A stretch of 32,000 nt of DNA, taken from positions 4,380,001 through 4,412,000 of the forward strand of contig CP001848.1 of the NCBI GenBank assembly GCA_000025185.1. Reading direction: 5' to 3'. Every line of letters starts with the position of its first letter. Within the stretch, counting starts at the first letter, position 1. This DNA comes from Pirellula staleyi DSM 6068 (lineage in GTDB: Bacteria > Planctomycetota > Planctomycetia > Pirellulales > Pirellulaceae). This document shows positions 1 to 10,000 of the stretch, in pieces. The notes under the pieces were generated by a model. It saw only the letters and a program-made list of their open reading frames with translations, made no database searches and was not told the origin of the DNA. The position numbers and the translations under genes are program-made.

Positions 1-228
1 AAAAATCGGCAAAATCGTTTCCAAGATCGATCTTTGCCATCCATTTTCACTCCCCTCGACCCAACTGTCCCGCTCGGGCAAGGCCTCTTCGAGCCTGCTT
101 CAGCTTCACAAATCGGGCTGGGTTTCGTATCACTCACCGGTCGGTTGCATGCAGCATGGCGGCCCCTGAAACATCGCCGCTGCTAAAGCCCCTCGAAACG
201 CAACCAGCGAAAGCCGAGCGAAAAACCT

Positions 229-1593
229 TTGAAAAACGGCGCTACCACCGATCCTCCTCCCGCTCCAAGCACCTGGCTGCTGTGGCAACGCGCCCTGCCA
301 TTCGCCACGCTGTTTGGGGTGGTCTACTTCGTGCAAGGCTTTGCCGAACCGACTGCGGGGCTCGTTTCGCAGCCATTTGTCGATAGTTTTTCGAGTGCCG
401 GTTTCGCCGCCACCGAAATCGGGGCCTGGCTCGGAATCGTCGGCCTCCCTTGGTCGATCAAGCCACTCGCCGGACTGATGATCGACTTCATTCCCCTGGG
501 AAGACTGGGGAGAAGCGGCTGGCTACTGCTCGGGAATTTGCTCAGCATCGTCGGCTATGGCTGTGCGGCGCTCACGCTCCTGCTGGCGGGCGGGGAAGGA
601 CTCGTCGCAGCGCTGCTGCTGGCCAGTTCCGGGGTCGCAATCGCCGATGTCGCCACCGATGCCTTGGCGATTTCCCGGGGACAGCCGCTCGGGATCACCG
701 GGCAACTGCAGTCGGTGCAGTGGGGAGCCCTTTCGCTCGCGGGGATTCTCGCTGGCGAACTGGGGGGCTATCTCGCCGCCAGCAATCGGCTGGGGCTCGG
801 GATGGTCGTTTGCGCGCTGCTGGGTCTCTTGGTGATTGCGGTGCAGTTGATTTTGCGCGTCTTACATCCAGCGGTGATCGTCGAGCACGCGCCGCCCGTC
901 ATCAGCTCTGATGAACCAACAGCCGCTCGGGCGTCGACACTCGGCGAGGCCTACCGGCAGCTGATCCTGGCAGCCCAAAGTCGACTGGTAATCACCACCG
1001 GGCTGTTTCTGTTCCTCTGGAGTTTCAATCCGTTCTCTACGGCGGTGCTGCAAAGCTACGCCACCGACATCCTGGGGCTCGACGAGCAGTTTTATGGGCG
1101 ACTCATCAGCGTGCAGTGCCTGGCGATGTTCGTGACCGCCTGTGTCTACGGCATCATCTGCCGCATGGTTGCGATGCGGGTGCTCGTGCATCTCTCCATC
1201 GCCGCCGGCATCGCCTGCACACTCGCTTACTGGGGATTCAGTGGCGCTACTTCGGGGGTGATTGTCACGCTGTTTGTCGGAGCGGCCTACATGCTCGGAA
1301 CCTTGATTCAGCTCGACCTGGCGGCCCGCGTCGTTCCGATCCGCTCGGCCGGAACCGTCTTCGCGCTTTTGATGGCGATCAGCAATTCGGGACTCTCGGC
1401 CAGCCTCACCGTGGGTGGCTTTCTCTACGATCAGCTCTTCCTGTGGACCGAAAGTCGTCACGCCGCCTTTCATCTGCTCGTCGGAATTGGGGGGCTCTCC
1501 ACCTCCCTCTGCTGGCTCGTCGTGCCGTTTCTTCCGCCACTCGATGATCGGCCAATTTCCCCGGCCAAGGCTGCCGATGTGACAGAAACGTAA
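229..1593 (+). CDS. MFS-type membrane transporter, folate-biopterin transporter (BT1)-like
   Basis: 454-codon ORF with roughly 12 hydrophobic spans. The N-terminal VYFVQG...LPWSIKPLAGLMIDFIPLGRLGR resembles the BT1/MFS loop signature (PW-x-K-P-x-G-x-x-D-x-x-P). The ORF opens with TTG at 229 and has no early ATG, so the 5' end is uncertain. Confidence 0.7.
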   Translation: MKNGATTDPPPAPSTWLLWQRALPFATLFGVVYFVQGFAEPTAGLVSQPFVDSFSSAGFAATEIGAWLGIVGLPWSIKPLAGLMIDFIPLGRLGRSGWLLLGNLLSIVGYGCAALTLLLAGGEGLVAALLLASSGVAIADVATDALAISRGQPLGITGQLQSVQWGALSLAGILAGELGGYLAASNRLGLGMVVCALLGLLVIAVQLILRVLHPAVIVEHAPPVISSDEPTAARASTLGEAYRQLILAAQSRLVITTGLFLFLWSFNPFSTAVLQSYATDILGLDEQFYGRLISVQCLAMFVTACVYGIICRMVAMRVLVHLSIAAGIACTLAYWGFSGATSGVIVTLFVGAAYMLGTLIQLDLAARVVPIRSAGTVFALLMAISNSGLSASLTVGGFLYDQLFLWTESRHAAFHLLVGIGGLSTSLCWLVVPFLPPLDDRPISPAKAADVTET

Positions 1594-1791
1594 TGCCGTA
1601 AACTGATGCCCCTCCTGGGGTTCTCGAAATTCGATCTTTCGGCGATCGAAGCCACCTCTGCACCACACCACCAGTCGATCGACTATAGTAAGATGAGTGA
1701 GACGATCGGCTGACGATCGCTTTAGCCCTGCCGAACTTCCTGACGCGAAGCCTACTAGCGAAACTGGTACTGCCAGTAGCGACTCTCTCCT

Positions 1792-2538
1792 ATGCCTACC
1801 GTTGGTCTGTTTATCCCTTGCTACGTCGACCAGATGTATCCCCATGTCGGGATGGCCACGCTCGAGTTGCTCGAGCAGCTGGGATGTAAGGTCGAATTTC
1901 CCACCGCCCAAACTTGCTGCGGACAGCCGATGTCGAACACCGGCTGCACCGACGAGGCCAAGCCTTTGGCCCGGAAGTTTCTCGATGTCTTTGCCGACTA
2001 CGAATACATCGTCGCTCCCTCGGGCAGCTGCGTCTCGATGGTGCGGCATCACTACGACGAACTGGTGCACGACGACAAACGCCTCGTGCCGACGCAAAAG
2101 AAAACGTTCGAGCTCTGCGAGTTCATCGTCGATGTGCTGAAGGTCGAAAAAATCGATCGTCCGTTTCCACATCGCGTGGGGCTACATCAAAGTTGTCACG
2201 GACTCCGCGAACTGCGGCTCGCTTCGTCGAGCGAAGTCATGGGTCCCCCGTTTGGCAAGACCCGCCAACTGCTCGCCAGCATGGCCGGCATTGAGCTGGT
2301 GAATCTCGAGCGTCCCGATGAATGCTGTGGCTTCGGCGGAACCTTTGCGGTGAGTGAAGAGGCGGTTTCGTGCATGATGGGGGACGACCGAATCTACGAC
2401 CACGAGAAATCGGGAACCCAGGTGCTGACAGCCAACGACATGAGCTGCCTGATGCACTTGCAGGGAATTATTGCTCGCAAGAAGAAGCCGCTGCGTGTGA
2501 TGCATGTCGCTGAAATCTTGGCAGGACACTCCGTATGA
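1792..2538 (+). CDS. lutA: Lactate utilization protein A (LutA/YkgE-type Fe-S oxidoreductase, CCG domains)
   Basis: 248 aa. Starts MPTVGLFIPCYVDQ. Has two cysteine-rich CCG-type motifs (QTCCGQP and DECCGFGG). Its stop overlaps the next gene's start (ATGA at 2535-2538), and it is followed by lutB and lutC homologues. Confidence 0.85.
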   Translation: MPTVGLFIPCYVDQMYPHVGMATLELLEQLGCKVEFPTAQTCCGQPMSNTGCTDEAKPLARKFLDVFADYEYIVAPSGSCVSMVRHHYDELVHDDKRLVPTQKKTFELCEFIVDVLKVEKIDRPFPHRVGLHQSCHGLRELRLASSSEVMGPPFGKTRQLLASMAGIELVNLERPDECCGFGGTFAVSEEAVSCMMGDDRIYDHEKSGTQVLTANDMSCLMHLQGIIARKKKPLRVMHVAEILAGHSV

Positions 2539-3929
2539 CACACTCGACACTAGCCACTGCGTTTGTCGCCGATCGTCCTCGCGCTGAGTGGCACGATAAG
2601 ACCCTGTGGTTCGTCCGCTCGAAGCGCGACAAAGCGGCCTCCAAGCTTCCCGAGTGGGAATTGCTGCGCGAAACAGCGTCGCAAATCAAAGCGCACACCA
2701 TGTCGCGCATGGCCGACTATTTAGAGCAGTTCGAGCGCAACGCCCAGAAGCACGGAGTGATTGTCCACTGGGCCAAGGATGCCGCCGAGCATAACGCCAT
2801 CGTGCACAAAATTTTGGCCGATCGAGGTGTCACGCGGCTGGTGAAAAGCAAGTCGATGCTCACCGAAGAGTGCCACCTCAATCCTTACCTCGAGCGGCAC
2901 GGTATCGAGGTGGTCGATAGCGACCTCGGCGAACGGATCGTGCAGCTCGCCGGTGAACCTCCGAGCCATATCGTCCTCCCGGCGATCCATAAGAAGAAGG
3001 AAGATATTGGCGAGCTGTTCCACGAACATCTGCACACCGAAAAAGGGGCTTCGGACCCGAACTACCTAACCGAAGCTGCCCGCCACCACTTGCGCGACCG
3101 CTTTATGCGGGCCGATGCGGGGCTCACGGGAGTGAACTTCGCGATCGCCGAAACCGGCGGCATTGTGGTCTGCACCAACGAAGGCAACGCCGATATCGGT
3201 GTGTCGCTTCCCAAAGTGCATATCGCCAGCATGGGGATGGAAAAAATCATTCCTCGTGCAGCCGATTTGAGCATCTTTTTGCGACTCTTGGCGCGAAGTG
3301 CCACGGGACAGCCGATCACGACTTATTCGTCGCATTTCCACGGGCCACGTCCTGGTGGCGAGCTCCATATTGTGATCGTCGATAACGGCCGGACGGGATT
3401 GCTCGGGAGCGACGAGCATCGCCGCTCGCTCAACTGCATTCGCTGCGGCGCGTGCATGAACACTTGCCCGGTCTATCGTCGCAGCGGCGGATTCAGCTAC
3501 GAAAGCACCGTGCCTGGGCCGATCGGCTCGATCCTCTCGCCAGCCCGCGATCCGAAAGAACATAAATCACTGCCCTTTGCCTGCACGCTGTGTGGATCGT
3601 GCACCGATGTTTGTCCGGTGAAAATCGACCTGCATCATCAGCTGCTGACGCTCCGCAGCGAAATTGCTCACAAGGGGCATTTGCCCTGGTCGAAGCGGAT
3701 GTCGATGAAGCTGGCTTCGATGGTCCTCAGCCGCACTTGGCTCTACAACCTGGCAGGTAAAACAGCGCGTTTGGCGCTCCGCATCTTGCCACGATTCCTC
3801 GTCTACAATCCCTTGAACGACTGGGGGCGCCAGCGCGATCTCCCACCTGCTCCTGCGGCCAGTTTCCGAGAACAATTAAAGCAGCGTCATGCCACACGAA
3901 ACGAAGCCAGCCAAAATCAATCCAAATAG
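2535..3929 (+). CDS. lutB: Lactate utilization protein B (LutB/YkgF, 4Fe-4S ferredoxin-type plus LUD domain)
   Basis: 464 aa. Two ferredoxin cluster motifs (CIRCGACMNTCP and CTLCGSCTDVCP) follow an N-terminal LUD/DUF162-like region. Translationally coupled to lutA. Confidence 0.85.
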   Translation: MTHSTLATAFVADRPRAEWHDKTLWFVRSKRDKAASKLPEWELLRETASQIKAHTMSRMADYLEQFERNAQKHGVIVHWAKDAAEHNAIVHKILADRGVTRLVKSKSMLTEECHLNPYLERHGIEVVDSDLGERIVQLAGEPPSHIVLPAIHKKKEDIGELFHEHLHTEKGASDPNYLTEAARHHLRDRFMRADAGLTGVNFAIAETGGIVVCTNEGNADIGVSLPKVHIASMGMEKIIPRAADLSIFLRLLARSATGQPITTYSSHFHGPRPGGELHIVIVDNGRTGLLGSDEHRRSLNCIRCGACMNTCPVYRRSGGFSYESTVPGPIGSILSPARDPKEHKSLPFACTLCGSCTDVCPVKIDLHHQLLTLRSEIAHKGHLPWSKRMSMKLASMVLSRTWLYNLAGKTARLALRILPRFLVYNPLNDWGRQRDLPPAPAASFREQLKQRHATRNEASQNQSK

Positions 3930-4518
3930 TCGGGCCGAGATGCTCGCGACCGTGCGGAAACAAAAAGTACCGCCCGCCGAGCTCCCTTCGCTCGATCAAA
4001 AGTGGACCACCTACGAGAACCGGGTCGAGAAGTTCCAGGAACTCTTGGAATCGATCGGCGGGGTGTTCGTGCCGGTCCAGAACGAGCAAGAGATCGCCGA
4101 CTACCTGAAGACAATGCCGGTGGTGCAGCAAGCGAAAATGGTGGTTTCGCTCATTCCTGAATTGCTTGCGGGCAATTTTGATCTCGGCCAGGTGGAAGAC
4201 CCGCACGAGCTCGAGCCGGTCGATTTTTTCCTCCTGCGAGGTGAGCTCGGTGTCGCCGAAAATAGCGCCATTTGGCTGACCGATCGGGAGATGAAGCATC
4301 GCATCGTGCTGTTCATTACGCAGCATTTGTCGATGGTGATTCGCGCGAGCACGATCGTCAGCAACATGTACGAGGCGTATCAGAAAATCAGTGTTTCGGA
4401 TCGTCCTTACGGCACGTTCCACGCCGGTCCGTCGAAGACCGCCGATATCGAGCAGTCGCTGGTGATCGGCGCGCATGGCCCGCGCTCGCTCACCGTCTTT
4501 TGTCTGCTCGATACGTAG
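3889..4518 (+). CDS. lutC: Lactate utilization protein C (LutC/YkgG, LUD domain)
   Basis: 209 aa, third gene of the lutABC arrangement. The ATG at 3889 overlaps the lutB 3' end by 41 nt. It is preferred over the ATG at 3940 because the conserved N-terminal SRAEMLATVRK segment lies upstream of 3940. Confidence 0.75.
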   Translation: MPHETKPAKINPNSRAEMLATVRKQKVPPAELPSLDQKWTTYENRVEKFQELLESIGGVFVPVQNEQEIADYLKTMPVVQQAKMVVSLIPELLAGNFDLGQVEDPHELEPVDFFLLRGELGVAENSAIWLTDREMKHRIVLFITQHLSMVIRASTIVSNMYEAYQKISVSDRPYGTFHAGPSKTADIEQSLVIGAHGPRSLTVFCLLDT

Positions 4519-4527
4519 GCGATCCGC

Positions 4528-5007
4528 GTGGAAGAGATCGCCTATCACGAATCGGGGCATGCCTTCGCGGCGGCGTATCTCGGCGCACGGGTCCATTCGA
4601 TCAGCATCGAGCCCGACCGCAACGATCTTCCCGATCGTGAAGGGGAGGCGACCTACTCGTTTCGCCGTGGCCAGTACACGCAGCAGCAAGTGGCGCAGAA
4701 CATCATGTTCGTGGCACTGGCGGGACCGGTGGCCGAGATGATCTATCGCCAGGAGCCGCTCCACCCGGCGTTTGTGCCCGAGTGGGCCTACGACTGGCAG
4801 CAGGCGATGGATGCTGCGGCGGCGATTCAGCCCGACGAGCGTAAACGGCTGACGGTGCTCGAAATGCTCGTCCGGAAGATGCACGAGCTGTTTCGTCTCG
4901 ATCAGCACTGGGCCGCGATTGCTGCGGTGGCCGACAATCTGCTGGCCCACGAAACGCTCGACGAAGATCAGCTGTCGGAGATCTTTGCTGCCTGGCTCCG
5001 CCGGTAG
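4528..5007 (+). CDS. Stand-alone FtsH-like (M41) zinc-metallopeptidase domain protein
   Basis: 159 aa. HExxH motif sits at the extreme N-terminus (EIAYHESGHAFAAAYLG), closely resembling the FtsH peptidase motif (AYHEAGHA). The following ALAGPVAEMIY resembles FtsH LGGRAAEE. No AAA+ or TM region. GTG start 9 nt after the lutC stop. Confidence 0.6.
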   Translation: MEEIAYHESGHAFAAAYLGARVHSISIEPDRNDLPDREGEATYSFRRGQYTQQQVAQNIMFVALAGPVAEMIYRQEPLHPAFVPEWAYDWQQAMDAAAAIQPDERKRLTVLEMLVRKMHELFRLDQHWAAIAAVADNLLAHETLDEDQLSEIFAAWLRR

Positions 5008-5198
5008 TCCCTAAAACCGTTTGCTATCAAGCGTTAGGTTCAGGGAGCCTTGCCGTGTAAAACTTCGGCCAGCGCGAAACACGCCTGCCCAAGCGGGCGG
5101 TGAATTTGGTATGGTTGAGGCTCGCGGATTTCCGATTCCCACATCGCCAGCTCGGCGTCCTCCGCTCGACGCACAAGCCAGAATAGCTCGGTAGGTTC

Positions 5199-6839
5199 AT
5201 GAGCCCGATCGATCCCGTTGTAGACCGCGAAGTGAAGCGCCGCCGCACGTTCGCCATCATTTCGCACCCCGACGCCGGCAAAACGACCCTCACCGAAAAA
5301 TTGCTCCTGTACGGCGGCATGCTCGAAGTGGCTGGCGCTATCCGAGGCCGCAAATCGCAGCGGGCGGTCACTTCCGACTGGATGGAGCTCGAGCGCCAGC
5401 GCGGTATTTCGGTCAGCAGCACGGTATTGACGTTCGACTTCGATGATTGCCGCGTGAATCTGCTCGATACCCCGGGGCATCATGACTTCAGCGAAGATAC
5501 CTACCGCACGCTGGTCGCCTCCGACTGCGCGGTGATGGTGATCGACCTGGCTAAAGGGGTCGAAACGCAAACCGAAAAACTGTTCCGCGTCTGCGCGCTC
5601 CGCAAAATTCCGGTCATCACGTTTGTCAACAAAGTCGATCGCCCCGGTCAACAAACGCTCGACGTGCTGAACGATGTCGAGACCAAACTGGGGATCGAAG
5701 CGGTTCCGCAAAACTGGCCCCTCGGTATCGGTGGCGAATTTTGCGGCGTGGTCGATTTCGACACCTTCACCGCGCATGTGTTCGACGACAAGCAGGGGGA
5801 ACGGCGCGTCGTCGCCCGCTCGATGCCACTTTCGGAAGTAAACGACGAGCGGATGCGTCCCGAGATGTTGCAGCAGACGCGCGACGAGATGGAGCTGATT
5901 CACACCGCCGGAACCACGTTCGACGAAGCACGTTTCCGACGGGGGGAAATCACGCCGGTCTTCTTTGGAAGCGCCTTGACCAATTTTGGTGTCGAGCATT
6001 TCTTGCGTGGCTTTTTGAAGCTCTGCCCAACGCCAAGCGATCGCAACAGCGACGTCGGACCAGTGCAGGTGAACCGGAGCGATTTCGCGGGCTTTGTCTT
6101 TAAGATTCAAGCGAATCTTGATCCGCGCCATCGCGACCGAGTCGCTTTCCTGCGGATCTGCGCGGGAAAGTTCGAACGCGAGATGGAGGTGCTCCATCCC
6201 CGCACCGGTAAGCGGATTAAGCTCAAGCGAGCTCATAAAGTGTTCGGGCAAGATCGCGAGACAATGGACGAGGCTTTTCCGGGGGACATCATCGGACTAG
6301 TGAACCCAGGGGAATTTCATCTGGGAGATACGATCTGCATTGGCGAGCCGGTGCAGTTTGAATCGTTGCCCCAGTTTTCGCCTGAACATTTCGCGGTGCT
6401 CCGCTGCCGTGATACGTCGCGCCGCAAACAGTTCACGCGCGGACTCGAACAGCTGATTGAAGAGGGGGCGATTCAAACGTTTGTCGATCCGCACGCCATG
6501 CAGCGCGAGTCGATTCTCGGCGCGGTTGGCGCGCTGCAATTTGATGTCGTTCGCTTTCGGCTCGAATCGGAATACAACACGCCGACCGACATCACCTCGA
6601 TGCCGTTTTCGCTTGCCCGCTGGATCGTTCAGTCGACCCCCGAAGACTTGCGTGAAGCGCGAGTCCCTTACGGCGCGAAAGTGGTTCGCGATCAGCTCGG
6701 CTGTTTGGCGATGCTGTTCGCCTCGCCGTGGGACGCCAACTATTTCGAGCGCGAGCATCCCAAAATCAAGCTCAGCTCGATTCGTGAGACGGTGAAGCTG
6801 CCGGGTCAAGAACAGCTGCCAGTGGCTGGGGATGATTAG
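5199..6839 (+). CDS. prfC: Peptide chain release factor 3 (translational GTPase)
   Basis: 546 aa. GTPase motifs are present: G1 SHPDAGKTT, G3 DTPGH, G4 NKVD. N-terminal RRRTFAIISHPDAGKTTLTEKLLLYGG is typical of RF3. Confidence 0.93.
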   Translation: MSPIDPVVDREVKRRRTFAIISHPDAGKTTLTEKLLLYGGMLEVAGAIRGRKSQRAVTSDWMELERQRGISVSSTVLTFDFDDCRVNLLDTPGHHDFSEDTYRTLVASDCAVMVIDLAKGVETQTEKLFRVCALRKIPVITFVNKVDRPGQQTLDVLNDVETKLGIEAVPQNWPLGIGGEFCGVVDFDTFTAHVFDDKQGERRVVARSMPLSEVNDERMRPEMLQQTRDEMELIHTAGTTFDEARFRRGEITPVFFGSALTNFGVEHFLRGFLKLCPTPSDRNSDVGPVQVNRSDFAGFVFKIQANLDPRHRDRVAFLRICAGKFEREMEVLHPRTGKRIKLKRAHKVFGQDRETMDEAFPGDIIGLVNPGEFHLGDTICIGEPVQFESLPQFSPEHFAVLRCRDTSRRKQFTRGLEQLIEEGAIQTFVDPHAMQRESILGAVGALQFDVVRFRLESEYNTPTDITSMPFSLARWIVQSTPEDLREARVPYGAKVVRDQLGCLAMLFASPWDANYFEREHPKIKLSSIRETVKLPGQEQLPVAGDD

Positions 6840-7045
6840 GGCGTAGCGCACAGTCGTGCAGTACGCCGCTGCGTTCGATGCAATGTGCGTCATAGACGCT
6901 TCGATCGCTTTATTCTGCAGCTCCGGCACGCTTTGCCGAGCTGGTTTGCGATGGCATTTGCTAGTGCCATCCCCTCGATGGACCTATAGTACCCAAGGCG
7001 TGTCGCTCCATCTGCGATCGTTCCTTGAAAGCTCCTGTAACCATC

Positions 7046-10000
7046 ATGGCTGGCATCATCCTGTTCATTGTCGTGATGGTCGTTGTCACGCTGGTGGGAC
7101 ACGGCATCTGGGTTTTTCTGGCGTGGCTCTTCACCTCGGCACGGGAAGACCGGCACGGGCTCCCCACCACGAGCCAACTTTCGTGCTGCGCGCGCTGCGG
7201 AACAGCGATGACTTCGGCCGAGCGGCAGTGCAGCATCTGCTCGTGGCCCCTTCCCACCGCGCAGTCCGATCGATCGCAGGCGATTCTGTGGGCGGTCGGC
7301 GCGCAGCTCGCGCGCTACTGTCGTCTCGGTCTGCTGTCGCCGCAAACCATGCAGCTCTGGATGACGCGGCTCAATCCTCCACCGACATCCGCTGCATCTC
7401 CGCAAGTGGAAGCTGCGACAACGCCGGCCGCTGTCGCTCCTGCGGCAGAGAGTCCCACGACTGAAGTTCCAGCCGCGCCGCCACTAGCGCCGGCGTTGGT
7501 GATGGGAGAGCCAGATATTGCGGCGCCGGTTCCTGTAGCGAGCTCGATGGTCGACGCGCCGATTGAAGCGATGATCGTCGAGCCTGCCATCCTCGAGTCA
7601 CCGGTTAGTGAACCTGCGACACCTCGATCGATCGAAGATCGCGCGCGACGTTATCTCGAGAATCGCGAGCTCGCAGCGCAAGAGAACGCTGCCACAGTAG
7701 CATTAGCGGCGCAGGCTACCACCGCCGCAGAGCGGCCGAAGCGAGAAGGGCTAGCGAAGCTGCTCAGCGCGTTCCTCGAAGAGAAAAACATCCGCTGGGG
7801 GGAACTGGTGGGTGGGCTGTTGATCGTCGGCTGCACCGTGGCGCTGGTGATCAGCTTTTGGTCGGAGATCAACGATCGTCCGCTCCTGAAGTTCTTGCTT
7901 TTGAACGGCGTTACTGCCGCGATTTTTGGCATGGGCTTTTATACCCAGCATAGCTGGAAGCTCCGAACCACGAGCCTCGGGCTCCAGCTGATCGGCATGC
8001 TGCTGGTCCCTCTCAACTTTTTGGCCATCGCCGCCTTCACCAGCAAAGCACCGCCGAGCGATCCACTTTCGCTAGGAGGCGAACTCCTTTCGCTTGTCTT
8101 CTTTGGGACGCTCTCGTTCTATGCTGCTCGCGAACTTGTTCCTGCGTGGCGCTGGCATTGCACCCTCGCTGCGATGCTGATGTGCGTCTGGCAACTCCTC
8201 ACACGACGCTTCATTCAGGCCGACGCCACAAACGCTGCGATCTACCTGTTTGCCACCGTTCCTGTAGCCACCTACCTCATCACGTTTGGCCTCGCCTTGA
8301 TTGATGCGCGTCGCGCTTGGCAATGGAGCGAACGGAAAACCAACCGTCTCTTCACGCTGCTCGGACTCACAACAATCGGCGTGCTACTGCCGCTCGGTGT
8401 GCTGCTCTATCAAACGCAGCAGAGCTACCGCGCACTAGAAAAGCTCTCGCCGCTCCTCACGCTGCTGGCATCTCCGGCACTGATGCTCGGCGTCGTCGCG
8501 ATGCTGAAGATTCAAAAACGCTCGCTCTTATGGCAACGGATCATCAGTGTCAGCATCGGCCTGCTGGGTGGACTGCTGACCGTGGTTTCGCTCGTCCTCG
8601 CGTGGCCTGCCCCCATGTTGCTGTTGCCGACACTCGGCTTCATCGCGGGGTTCTTTCTGTTTTTATCGATTCGCTTTCGCCTCGCCGCGGCGCATTTGCC
8701 GGCGTGTATGGCGCTGCTGGTCGTGCTGCTCATCCTGTGGCAAGTGCTCAGTGGCAATGTCGCGCTCGATTCCCTCGAGAGTGAAAAACTGGCGACAGGA
8801 CTGGTCTCGGGATCGAGTGGATTTGTCCTCATCGGCGCAGCGGTGCTGTTTGTCATCAGTTCGGTGATTCTCGAAAAACGGAGCTTGCCACACGACTCGG
8901 CGTGGCACATGCGCTCGGCTGAACTCGCCGCGACACTCGGCTTCATTCTGGTGAGCGTGGCGGGACTCGGACGCTCAGGAGACCCGATCGGCGCAACTTT
9001 TGCCTATCTGTTCCTGGCGATTGCGACCGCGATTACATCGCTCGTCACGCGGCGACAGCTCCTAGCGCAGCTCGCCTCGGCACTGCTGCTGATCACCTGT
9101 GTGCAAGCGATCGTGTTTCGCTACACCCTGATTCATCAGCTCGAAGCGCCGTGGGTTGCAGCGCTCCTGGCCCACGCAACGTTTGCGATTGTTGGTAACT
9201 ACTCGCTCCGCTGGTTTCCTCCTCTCGAGCGCGAACCGCTGAGTCCGCAATCGGCTTACACCGCAGCGCTCTCGCTCGTAGCTGCAACCGGCTGCATCGC
9301 GTTTGCATCGCTCACGATGTCGTGGGAGATGTCGACCCTCTATGTCAGCTGGCTCACATCGCTCGTGCTGCTCGTCGCGCTGCTCCTCCCGATGCCACTC
9401 CTCTTCGAGGGGTTTCAGCTGCTGCTGGCGCTCTCGGTGGGGCTCGGTGTTCTCGCCGCAGCTTCGCGACAAACCTGGTTCACAGAAGCCGAACTTCCCT
9501 ATCGCCATCCGTGGCTCTGGATTGCGCAAGGGATCGCCTTTGCATTGCAGTCGGCTGGCTGGAAAGTGGCCCGGCTGATCTATGCGCACCGCTGGCTCGG
9601 CGCTACTGCACCCGATACGACGAGCGAACAACCGCCGACTTCGTTCGATCCTCAGCTCTCGATACCTAACTGGCTTGCCACCTACGAGCGCGAGCTCCGT
9701 CTGAAGTTCGATCATATCGCTGCGATCATCGCGCTGGTGATCCTCGTGGGAAGTTCGTGCTATGCCGTCCTGCCGGGAGCTGCGCAGGAGATTTCCCCCG
9801 TTCAAGTTACAGCCCCCTTTGCGCGGAAAGATTTACAGCCAATCGCTGCCGAGAAGTTTGAGCTGCTGGGAGCTCCTCACACACTGGCGGCCGGTTTTCC
9901 CGCAGCTATCCTGACGCTCACCGTTTTCGCAGCACTTGTGCTGGGGCTGTGGCAGCATGGCAAATCGCTAAGAATTCCGGCAATTCTACTCGTTCTCTTT

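Noticed and set aside
1-47. A possible minus-strand gene start at the left edge (ATGGATGGCAAAGATCG... reading leftwards from about position 47).
   Set aside because: About 15 codons are visible, with no motif or context. It cannot be supported.
6950-6971. Hairpin GATGGCA-TTTGCTAG-TGCCATC between prfC and the giant gene, sharing the ATGGCA/TGCCAT motif with the ends of the 263-bp repeat.
   Set aside because: The stem is 7 bp with no U-tract, and no further similarity to the repeat unit exists. The shared hexamer is likely coincidental.
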